DNA of 64,000 nucleotides from Alphaproteobacteria bacterium (GTDB lineage Bacteria; Pseudomonadota; Alphaproteobacteria; SP197): NCBI GenBank assembly GCA_964291415.2, contig OZ219920.1, positions 448,001 to 512,000 of the forward strand, read 5' to 3'. Shown piece by piece: positions 19,450 to 27,731 of this stretch (position 1 is its first letter; each line of letters starts with the position of its first letter). The notes under the pieces were generated by a model. It saw only the letters and a program-made list of their open reading frames with translations, ran no database searches and was not told where the DNA came from. The position numbers and the translations under genes were made by a program.

Positions 19450-21057
19450 ATGTCGTCACATGAAGACAAGACCCTGCTTGAACGCATTGTCCGTGCGAGC
19501 AGGCACAACAGGATTTCACGCCGGAATTTCATGGCTGAGGCCTCGGCCGCCGGCCTGACGGTCGCCGCGGCTTCCACGCTGTGGTCCGAGAACGCCGCGG
19601 CAGAGACGCCGCAGCAAGGCGGCACGTTCCGCCTCGGTCTGCACGACGGAAACACCGCCGATACGCTCGATCCGGGCAAGTACCAGAGTGTCAGCGAGAT
19701 CCAGCTGGCCCACACGTTCCGCAGCTACCTCACGGAGATCACGGAAGACAACGGGCTCGGCGGCGACATGGCGGTGTCGTGGAGCGCCTCTCCGGACGCC
19801 AGGGTGTGGACGTTCGAACTCAGTCCGGACGCCACCTTCCATGATGGCCGCGCGTTCACGTCGAAGGATGCGGTCGCCTCGCTCAATCACCACCGTGGTG
19901 ACGACACGACGTCGGCGGCCAAGCCGCTTCTCTCCAACGTTGTCGATCTCAGGGCCGACGGCGATCATGCGATCGTCATCGAGGTCGACCAGGGATTTGC
20001 CGATCTTCCCTGGGTGATGGCGGACTACCATCTTACCATGCTGCCGGCGACCGAAGACGGCGGCGTCGAGTGGGAAAGCGGTCTGGGAGCCGGACCCTAC
20101 AGGATCGTCAACAACGAGCCGGGAGTCGGCGCCAACCTCGAACGCCATGACGGGTGGCACCGCGAAGGGGCGTGGTTCGACGACATCGAGATCACCATTC
20201 TGAACGATCCCAACGCCCGCCAGACGTCGCTGATCACCGGCGACGTGGACGCCATATCGTCGGTCGACCTCAAGACGCTCACATTGCTGGGTCGCGATCC
20301 CAACATCGAGATCGACAACGTCCCGAGCGGTTCGGCCATCACCCTGCCGATGTTCTGCGACCACGCGCCCTACGACAACGTCGATGTCCGCCTGGCTCTG
20401 AAATACGCCATCGACCGGGAAGAGATCGTCGAGAAGATCCTGTTCGGCACCGGCACTCCCGGCAACGACTTTCACGTCTCGCCGAACATGCCCTACTGGC
20501 CGGACATCGAGCAGCGCGTCTATGACCCGGACAAGGCTAAGCACCACCTCAAGCAGGCCGGCATGGAGGGGCTCCGTGTCGAGCTTTCGGCGGCCGACAG
20601 CGTGTTGCCGGGCGCCGTCGACATGGTCGTTCTCTACAGCGAGCAGGCCAAGGCGGCCGGCATCGACCTCGTGCCGGTGCGGGAACCCAACGACGGCTAC
20701 TGGTCGGACGTGTGGCTGAAGAAGCCCTTCGTGTTCGTCAAGTGGGGTGCGCGTCCGACGCCGGACAACATGTTCACGCTCGCCTACAAGGACGACGCCC
20801 CGTGGAACGAGGCGCACTGGCAGAATGCTCGTTTCAACGAACTCCTGCTGATGGCGAAGGCGGAACTCGACGAGACGCGGCGCGCCGAGATGTACCGCGA
20901 GATGTGTCAGATCGCCCGTGACGACGGCGGCACCATCATCCCGCTCTTCGTGAACTTCGTGTATGCACGGCGCAGCAACGTGCGCCATGGTCCGAGTGTC
21001 GCGGCGAGCTGGGAATGTGACGGCGCCCGTTCCGCCCACCGCTGGTGGTTCGCCTGA
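19450..21057 (+). CDS. ABC substrate-binding protein, family 5, Tat signal
   Basis: SRRNFM Tat motif, TLDP, WTFEL..ATFHDG, GAGPY, VRLALKYAIDRE. Confidence 0.94.
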   Translation: MSSHEDKTLLERIVRASRHNRISRRNFMAEASAAGLTVAAASTLWSENAAAETPQQGGTFRLGLHDGNTADTLDPGKYQSVSEIQLAHTFRSYLTEITEDNGLGGDMAVSWSASPDARVWTFELSPDATFHDGRAFTSKDAVASLNHHRGDDTTSAAKPLLSNVVDLRADGDHAIVIEVDQGFADLPWVMADYHLTMLPATEDGGVEWESGLGAGPYRIVNNEPGVGANLERHDGWHREGAWFDDIEITILNDPNARQTSLITGDVDAISSVDLKTLTLLGRDPNIEIDNVPSGSAITLPMFCDHAPYDNVDVRLALKYAIDREEIVEKILFGTGTPGNDFHVSPNMPYWPDIEQRVYDPDKAKHHLKQAGMEGLRVELSAADSVLPGAVDMVVLYSEQAKAAGIDLVPVREPNDGYWSDVWLKKPFVFVKWGARPTPDNMFTLAYKDDAPWNEAHWQNARFNELLLMAKAELDETRRAEMYREMCQIARDDGGTIIPLFVNFVYARRSNVRHGPSVAASWECDGARSAHRWWFA

Positions 21058-21069
21058 TCACCTCGATCA

Positions 21070-21099
21070 AGGCGGGGCCGGGAACTCCCGGCCCCGCCT
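21070..21099 (+). terminator. GC-rich hairpin after the SBP gene
   Basis: AGGCGGGGCCGGG-AACT-CCCGGCCCCGCCT; weak U tract. Confidence 0.65.
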
Positions 21100-21336
21100 G
21101 ATTCTCCGCAAGGATCTCAATTCCGAAAGGGTTTCTGGAAACGAAGAGCGCCCACGGGTTCGCGTGCTCCCGGAACTTTACACTGGTTGCAGGGCCAGGG
21201 TCGACGTGGAGACCTCTTGGGGTCCGGGTCAGCAAGGTCGAGACCGCATCGCAAGACGCTTCCCCTTGCCTCGCAATCCGAAAGCGTCGAGGCAACGATC
21301 GAGCTTCAGGAGTTGCAACCACCGTTATCGGACTGT

Positions 21337-21713
21337 CTAAAGATCCAGAAAGCCCTTCGGCGACAGTATCGGGATGTTCTGAAAAGCAGACATCTCGAGA
21401 AGGTCCTGGTCCCCCGTGACCAGGCAAGCCGCCGCGCCCATCAGCGCCGTCTCCAGCAGCTTGTCGTCATCGGGATCCCGGCACCCGAGTTTCGCGCCGG
21501 CGATCGGGACCCATTCGGAGACCGCTTCGAGCTGGGCCAGGTAAAGAGCTCTCCCCTCCCGGCTGACATATCGATCGAACTTCGGTGGATGCAACCGCGT
21601 TTGCAGCTCATCGAACGTCCCGTCGGAGAATAGCAGCACGCCGCGTTCCCCTGCACGGCGTCGACAACTGCGCGCGGCCGCCCATCGCGGCGAAGCGCTG
21701 CACTGATCAGGAC
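21337..21713 (-). pseudogene. PIN-domain toxin, 5'-truncated and frameshifted
   Basis: VLISAALRRDGRP / VLLFSDGTFDEL...CRDPDDDKLLETAL...LVTGDQDLL; lacks the N-terminal DTN motif; frame change near 21650. Confidence 0.85.
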
Positions 21714-22628
21714 CGAACTGCCTGGCTTCGGTGTCCGAGTGTACCCCTCCGGCAAGAAGGTCTTCGTCGTCCAGACCCGCGCCTTCGGCCGCTCCAAGCG
21801 CGTCAGCCTCGGCACCCATGGCGACACCGGTTTCTCCGTCGACCACGCCCGCAGGAAGGCCACCGACGTCATCGCGCGCATCAAGGACGGGCAGCCGCCG
21901 GTTCCGCCGGACCCCGCGCCCGACCCGACCGTCGCCGACCTTGCCGAGCGCTACGAGCGCGAGTACGTCGCGATGCACTGCAAGCCGGCCACCATCTCGC
22001 ATTACCGCCTCATGTTGCGCAAGCATATCGTGCCGGCCCTCGGGGAGCGCCGCGTCGCGGAGGTCGAGTACAAGGACATCCTCGCCTTTCACAACAGCCT
22101 GCACCACATGCCGACCGTCGCCAACCGGGCGGCCGACATCCTGGTGAAGATGTTCAACCTGGCGGACGCGTGGGGCTGGCGTCCCTCGGGCAGCAACCCG
22201 GCCCGGAGCGTGCCCCGCTTCCGGGTCGAGAAGCACGAGCGGTTCCTCACCCGCGAGGAGCTGTTCCGGCTCGGCGAGGCATTGCGGGCAGCCCCGGAAA
22301 AGCGGCTCGCCTCGACCCACGCGGCGGCCGCGATCCGGCTCCTCGTGCTCACCGGATGCCGGCGCAACGAAATCCTCGGGCTCCGGTGGGACGACCTCAA
22401 CTTCGACACCGGCGAGATGAGGCTCCCGGATACGAAGACTGGTACCCGGATGGTGCCACTGACCCCCGCCGTCGCGCGCGTATTCGACGGCCTCGCTCGC
22501 ACGCCCGGCAGTCCGTGGGTGTTCCCGGGCAAGAAGAAAGGCACCCGGCTGGTCAACCTCAATGACTCGTGGGACCGCGTGCGCAAGGAGGCCGGGCTCG
22601 AAGACGTCCGCCTGCATGACTTGCGTCA
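21712..22628 (+). pseudogene. Tyrosine integrase 1 (Arm DNA-binding type), N-terminal part, interrupted by RIT
   Basis: TELPGFGVRVYPSG...LTGCRRNEI...RLHDLRH then the RIT inverted repeat. Confidence 0.92.
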
Positions 22629-22784
22629 TTATTGCCGGATCCGTCTTATTCCGGCTCGTCTGGCATGAACATCTGAGATTGGTGTGACTTCAGTATGTTG
22701 TGCAGGGTCATGATGGTTGAAGTTCCGGAGTAATCCGGTGGTCTTCTCGTGCTGGCAATGTCGTCAGCGCAATGGAGAAGGCCG

Positions 22785-24026
22785 ATGTCGACAGAGTTTT
22801 ACTTTCCCAGCCGAACCAGCCAGCGGTGGTTGCGTGTCGGTCCACTGGCCGGCGATCTCGAGCGGTTCGCCACCCGGCTCAAGGCCCAGGGCTACGCTCG
22901 GCCGACGGCGGTGAGCAAGCTGCGGCTGGTGCGCAATCTCAGCCGCTGGCTCGAGCACCGGGGCCTGGGGGTCGAAGCGCTCGATGAGCTGCGCATCGAA
23001 GCGTTCCTTGTGACCCGCGGACCGCGATGCGTGCAACGCGGCGAGGCTGTGACCACCCGGCAGTTGCTGAGCCATCTGCGCACGGATGGGCGGATTCCTT
23101 TCGCTGCGCCATCCCCGCAGGTCTCGAACCCGTTCGCGTCGGTCGAACGCCGCTACGAGCGCTTCCTCGTCAACGAGCGGGGCGTGAGCCGGGCGACGGT
23201 GGAGACCTACCTGCCCATCGTCCACGCCTTCCTTGCCGAACGCTTTGCCACGCGGGCCGTGGCGCTTGAGACGCTCACCGTACGCGACGTCAACCGGTTC
23301 ATCGTGCGCCAGTCCCGGCGCTTGTCCCGATCGCGCGTCAAGCTCGTCGTCACCGCGCTGCGCAGCTTCCTGCGCCACCTCCATCAGCGTGGGGACATTC
23401 CCGTCGATCTCGCCGGCGCGCTCCTTGCCGTGGCGAGCTGGCGGCTCTCAGGCGTGCCGAAGTCGCTCGCGCCCGAGCAGGTGGAGGCGGTCATCCGCAG
23501 CTGCGATGCGCGCACCGCCGCCGGACGGCGCGACCGTGCCATCGTGCTGCTCCTTGCGCGGCTGGGGTTGCGCGCCGGTGAAGTGGCCGCGATGACGCTC
23601 GGCGATCTCGATTGGGACACAGGCGTCGTGAGCGTGACCGGCAAGGGCCCGCGGCGCGAGGCGCTGCCGCTGCCCCGTGAGGTCGGCGAGGCCCTGGTCG
23701 CCTGGCTGCGCGACGGGCGCCCGCAGTGCCCCACCCGGCACGTGTTCGTGCGCCTTCACGCACCGCATGTGGGGTTCGCCGGAGCGGTCGCGGTCATCAA
23801 TGTCGTGCAGCGGGCGTTGGCCCGGGCCGGCATCGATCCGCCGTTCAAGGGCGCGCATCTGCTGCGTCATTCCCTGGCTACCACGATGCTGCGCCACGGC
23901 GCCTCGCTGGAAGAGATTGGGCAGGTCCTGCGCCATACCTCACCCGACACCACGTGGATCTACGCCAAGGTGGACCTTGAAGCGCTCCGCACGCTCGCGC
24001 CGGCGTGGCCTGGAGGTGCATCATGA
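22785..24026 (+). CDS. RIT tyrosine recombinase A
   Basis: LGLRAGEV, GKG, HLLRHS, LRH..PDTTWIY; GGAGAAGG RBS. Confidence 0.92.
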   Translation: MSTEFYFPSRTSQRWLRVGPLAGDLERFATRLKAQGYARPTAVSKLRLVRNLSRWLEHRGLGVEALDELRIEAFLVTRGPRCVQRGEAVTTRQLLSHLRTDGRIPFAAPSPQVSNPFASVERRYERFLVNERGVSRATVETYLPIVHAFLAERFATRAVALETLTVRDVNRFIVRQSRRLSRSRVKLVVTALRSFLRHLHQRGDIPVDLAGALLAVASWRLSGVPKSLAPEQVEAVIRSCDARTAAGRRDRAIVLLLARLGLRAGEVAAMTLGDLDWDTGVVSVTGKGPRREALPLPREVGEALVAWLRDGRPQCPTRHVFVRLHAPHVGFAGAVAVINVVQRALARAGIDPPFKGAHLLRHSLATTMLRHGASLEEIGQVLRHTSPDTTWIYAKVDLEALRTLAPAWPGGAS

Positions 24027-24955
24027 ATGACCTCGCACTGCTGCTCGAGGAGTACCTCGCAACGCGCCGTGCGCTCGGCAACCGGCTGGTGCTGCCCGGC
24101 CGGCTGTTGAAGCGCTTCGTCGCGTTCACCGTGCAAGACGAGATCCCCTTCATCACCACCGAGTGCGCGCTGCAATGGGCCACCGAGCCGCGCGATGCAC
24201 GGCCCGCCCAGTGGGCGGGCCGTCTGAGCATGGTGCGCGGCTTCGCCCGCTACGCCCACGGTGTTGACCCACGTCACGAGGTCCCGCCGCAGGGGCTGTT
24301 GTCTGGGCAGTATCGCCGCCGCACCCCCTATCTGTACCGCGACGCAGAAGTCGCCGCGCTCATCGCCGCGGCGCGAGCGCTCTCCGGCATCACCGGACTG
24401 AGGCCCCTGACCTATGCCACGATGCTGGCGCTGTTGTCCGTCACCGGGATGCGGGTGAGCGAGGTGGTGAACCTCGACCGTGACGATGTCGACCTCACCG
24501 ACGGGGTGCTGAGTGTGCGTGACAGCAAGTTCGGCAAGTCGCGCTATCTGCCGATGCATGCCTCGACCGCACGGGCGCTGCGCCGCTATGCACGACATCG
24601 CGACCGCCTCTGTCTTCGTCCTCTCGTCCCGGCCTTCTTCCTTGCCGAACGCGGCACCCGGATCACCGAGTGGGCGTTGCGCTGGACCTTCGCAAAGCTG
24701 TCGAAGCAGGTCGGTCTGCGTGCTCCCTCGTCGTCGCACGGCACCGGTCCGCGCCTGCATGACCTGCGCCACCGGTTCGCCGTGAACACGCTGCTTGGGT
24801 GGTATCGCAACGAAGTCGATGTCGAACGTCACATCCCGCAACTCGCGACCTGGCTCGGCCATGCCCATGTGAGCGATACCTACTGGTATCTCACCGCCAC
24901 GCCGGAGTTGCTGCATCTGGCCGCCCGACGTCTCGACCGCAGGGCGCCGTCATGA
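24023..24955 (+). CDS. RIT tyrosine recombinase B
   Basis: TGMRVSEV, SKFGKSR, RLHDLRHRFA, LGHAHVSDTYWY; ATGA overlap. Confidence 0.92.
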   Translation: MNDLALLLEEYLATRRALGNRLVLPGRLLKRFVAFTVQDEIPFITTECALQWATEPRDARPAQWAGRLSMVRGFARYAHGVDPRHEVPPQGLLSGQYRRRTPYLYRDAEVAALIAAARALSGITGLRPLTYATMLALLSVTGMRVSEVVNLDRDDVDLTDGVLSVRDSKFGKSRYLPMHASTARALRRYARHRDRLCLRPLVPAFFLAERGTRITEWALRWTFAKLSKQVGLRAPSSSHGTGPRLHDLRHRFAVNTLLGWYRNEVDVERHIPQLATWLGHAHVSDTYWYLTATPELLHLAARRLDRRAPS

Positions 24956-25950
24956 GCGATGCGGCAGACTTCCCGCGGCTGCTCGCGCTGTTCTTCACCG
25001 AGCGTCTCATGCGACAGCGCCAGGCCAGCCCGCACACCATCGCCAGCTACCGTTCGACGTTCCGCCTCCTGGTGCTCTACGCCCAGCGCGTGTTGAACAC
25101 ACCGCCCTCGGCGATGGCGCTCGCCGACTTCGACACCGAGCTGCTCGGCGACTTCCTCGGCCATCTCGAGACCGAACGCGGCAACGATGCGCGGACCCGC
25201 AACACCCGCCTTGCCGCCATCCGTTCGTTCTTCCGCTTCGTCGCCTTGCAGGAACCCCGCCACGCCGCCCTGGCCCAGAGGGTCCTGGCCATCCCGGACA
25301 AGCGCTACACCCGCCGCCCCGTGACCTGGCTCGAGCGCCCCGAAGTCGAGGCGCTCCTCGCGGCGCCGGACCCGCGATCCCGCAGCGGACGCCGCGACCG
25401 CGCCTTGCTGCTCGTGGCAGTCCAGACCGGACTGCGCGCCTCGGAGCTCACCGGACTGCGATGCGAGGATGTTCAGCTCGGCGCCGGCGCCCACGTGCGG
25501 TGTCACGGCAAGGGACGAAAGGAGCGGTGCACGCCGCTGCGCAAGGATGCGGCGAAGGCACTCCGGGCGTGGCTGGCCGAACGCCGCGGCGAGCCGCGCG
25601 ACCCCGTGTTCCCCAATCAGCGCGGCGGCCCGCTGAGCCATGACAGCCTCGCCTACCTCCTGGGCAAGCACGTGACGACCGCGCGGGCTCGATGTCCCTC
25701 GCTCGCCAGGAAACGTGTCAGCGCCCATTCATTGCGCCATTCGTGCGCCATGGAACTCCTTCACAGCGGTGTCGACCGCGCGGTCATTGCATTGTGGCTC
25801 GGTCATGAATCCGTCGAGACCACGTACGTCTATCTGCACGCCGACCTGAAACTGAAGGAAAAGGCCATGGCGCACACTCAACCTTCACATGTGCCGCACA
25901 CGCGTTACCGGCCCGACGATGACGTGTTGGCATTCCTGAACAGCCTGTGA
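24952..25950 (+). CDS. RIT tyrosine recombinase C
   Basis: SPHTIASY, TGLRASEL, GKGRKER, HSLRHS, LGHESVETTYVY; ATGA overlap. Confidence 0.92.
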   Translation: MSDAADFPRLLALFFTERLMRQRQASPHTIASYRSTFRLLVLYAQRVLNTPPSAMALADFDTELLGDFLGHLETERGNDARTRNTRLAAIRSFFRFVALQEPRHAALAQRVLAIPDKRYTRRPVTWLERPEVEALLAAPDPRSRSGRRDRALLLVAVQTGLRASELTGLRCEDVQLGAGAHVRCHGKGRKERCTPLRKDAAKALRAWLAERRGEPRDPVFPNQRGGPLSHDSLAYLLGKHVTTARARCPSLARKRVSAHSLRHSCAMELLHSGVDRAVIALWLGHESVETTYVYLHADLKLKEKAMAHTQPSHVPHTRYRPDDDVLAFLNSL

Positions 25951-26033
25951 TTATCCCGGAATCAAGGTCCCTTCGAGCACGCTCCCCGCCCGTCTCCGCC
26001 GTCGATTCCGGAGTAAGACGGATCCGGCAATAA

Positions 26034-26065
26034 TGCCTCTTACTCCGGAACCGGAATAAGAGGCA
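26034..26065. repeat. 32-bp palindrome outside the RIT right inverted repeat
   Basis: TGCCTCTTACTCCGG-AA-CCGGAATAAGAGGCA, 14/15 arms. Confidence 0.9.
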
Positions 26066-26267
26066 CACGTTCGCCTCGCGCGCGCTGGCGCTCGGCGAGG
26101 GGCTGCCGATGATCGGCGACCTGCTCGGTCACCGCATGGTGACCACGACCGCGCGGTATGCGCATCTCGCCCGCGACTCGGTGCGCCATGCCACGGCCAA
26201 CATCGGCGATGACCTCGGCCCCAGGCTCGTGCCGCCGGACGGCCCCCAGCACGTCGGCGTCAACTGA
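26061..26267 (+). pseudogene. Tyrosine integrase 1, C-terminal part
   Basis: RHTFASRALALGEGLPMIGDLLGH...TTARYAHL...GVN*; continues the HDL left at 22622. Confidence 0.92.
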
Positions 26268-26287
26268 ACTTCTCACGGGAGACCGCC

Positions 26288-27490
26288 ATGCCAAGCCCGA
26301 ACAAGCTCGTCCTTTCCCGGCGCGCCGTGGACGCCCTGCCGGTGGCCGAGCGTGAAGCCCTGTTCTGGGACCGCGACCTCACCGGCTTCGGGGTGCGCGT
26401 CCATCCCTCGGGCTCGAAGGTCTACATGGTGCAGACCCGCGCCCGGGGGAAAACACGCCGCGTCACCATCGGCCGCCACGGGGTGTGGACGCCCGAGCGG
26501 GCGCGGCGCGAGGCGGGACGGCTGCTTGCCAGCCTCAAGGCGGGAGAGACGCCGACCCGGCCGGGCGCGGACTCGCCCTCAGCCAACGGGCCCACGATCG
26601 CGGAGATGGCCGAACGCTACATGACCGAGCATGTCGCCGTGCGCTGCAAGCCCACCACCCAGCGCGGATGCCGCGATATCCTGGACAGGTTCCTGCTGCC
26701 GCGCTTCGGGGCGCTTCGCCTGAGCGAGGTCACGCCCGACCACGTTGCGGCGCTGCACTACCGCATGCGCGACACGCCGACCATGGCGAACCAGACGGTC
26801 TCGCTCCTCTCCCGGCTGTTCTACACAGCGGCGAAGACGGGCGAGGCGCCGGCCGGGGGCAATCCCTGCCGGTTCATCCAGAAGTATCCGACCCGCGCGC
26901 GCGAGCGCTTCCTGTCGGAACAGGAGTTCGACCGCCTGGGCCGCGTCCTCGCCGAGCTCGAAGCCGCCGGCACGATCTCGACGAGCGCGGCCGGGGCGCT
27001 GCGCCTGCTGATGCTGACCGGCTGCCGGCGCAACGAGGTCGTGACGCTCAAATGGGAGCACGTCGATCTCGAACACGACGAGCTGCGGCTCCGCGACGCG
27101 AAGACCGGCGCCCGAGAGGTGCCGCTTTCGCCGGCGGCGAAGCAGCTTCTCACCGCGCTGCCGCGCCGGCCCGGCAACCCCTGGGTGTTCCCCGGCCGCG
27201 TGAACGGTTCCCGCCTGCGCACGCTGAACGCGTCGTGGCAGGTCGTCCGCAAGGAGGCCGGGCTCGAAGATGTCCGCCTGCATGACTTGCGTCACAGCTT
27301 CGCCTCGCGGGCACTCGCGCTCGGGGAGAGCCTGCCGATGATCGGCAAGCTGCTCGGTCACGCGAAGGTGCAGACGACCGCGCGCTACGCCCACCTTGGG
27401 CGGAACTCGGTCAAGGTCGCCGCCGTTCGGATATCCGATAGCCTCGAAGCCGACATGGACACCCCGCCGGAGGTTTCCGCTACCTCGTGA
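26288..27490 (+). CDS. Tyrosine integrase 2 (Arm DNA-binding type), intact
   Basis: WDRDLTGFGVRV, LTGCRRNEV, RLHDLRHSFAS, LLGH..VQTTARY. Confidence 0.95.
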   Translation: MPSPNKLVLSRRAVDALPVAEREALFWDRDLTGFGVRVHPSGSKVYMVQTRARGKTRRVTIGRHGVWTPERARREAGRLLASLKAGETPTRPGADSPSANGPTIAEMAERYMTEHVAVRCKPTTQRGCRDILDRFLLPRFGALRLSEVTPDHVAALHYRMRDTPTMANQTVSLLSRLFYTAAKTGEAPAGGNPCRFIQKYPTRARERFLSEQEFDRLGRVLAELEAAGTISTSAAGALRLLMLTGCRRNEVVTLKWEHVDLEHDELRLRDAKTGAREVPLSPAAKQLLTALPRRPGNPWVFPGRVNGSRLRTLNASWQVVRKEAGLEDVRLHDLRHSFASRALALGESLPMIGKLLGHAKVQTTARYAHLGRNSVKVAAVRISDSLEADMDTPPEVSATS

Positions 27491-27731
27491 TCTACGGTGC
27501 CGCTAAGCATCGCGGGCTCTCGCCGGATGCCGCCGCCTAACGATGATTGCCATACTCCTTGGTCGCCGTTGCCCTAGACAACTGCCCGCCGTGCGCCCAC
27601 CATGTTCAGGACTCAGCAGGAACTTCCGCCGAGAACGTTGCGGACAGCCATCTCACCGACGATTTCGCCGCCCCGAAGCATCCCGATGCCACCCAATACT
27701 CCAATTATCGTGAGAATAGGCGATGGCTACT

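Larger units (their letters stand above)
22629..26033 (+). mobile_element. RIT (recombinase-in-trio) element
   Basis: Three overlapping tyrosine recombinases bounded by inverted repeats TTATTGCCGGATCCGTCTTATTCCGG (22629-22654) / CCGGAGTAAGACGGATCCGGCAATAA (26008-26033). Confidence 0.93.

Noticed and set aside
22655-22784. RIT left non-coding region has short matches to the target (GCATGA, TGACTT; reverse-strand CATGAC...GCACA), suggesting a guide or bridge RNA
   Set aside because: Matches are only 5-6 nt and could be chance; it would need covariation with targets across many RITs
27500-27600. GCCTAAC (27535-27541) after integrase 2, resembling an integron attC end
   Set aside because: No complementary GTTRRRY arm or cassette array, and the integrase is not IntI-like
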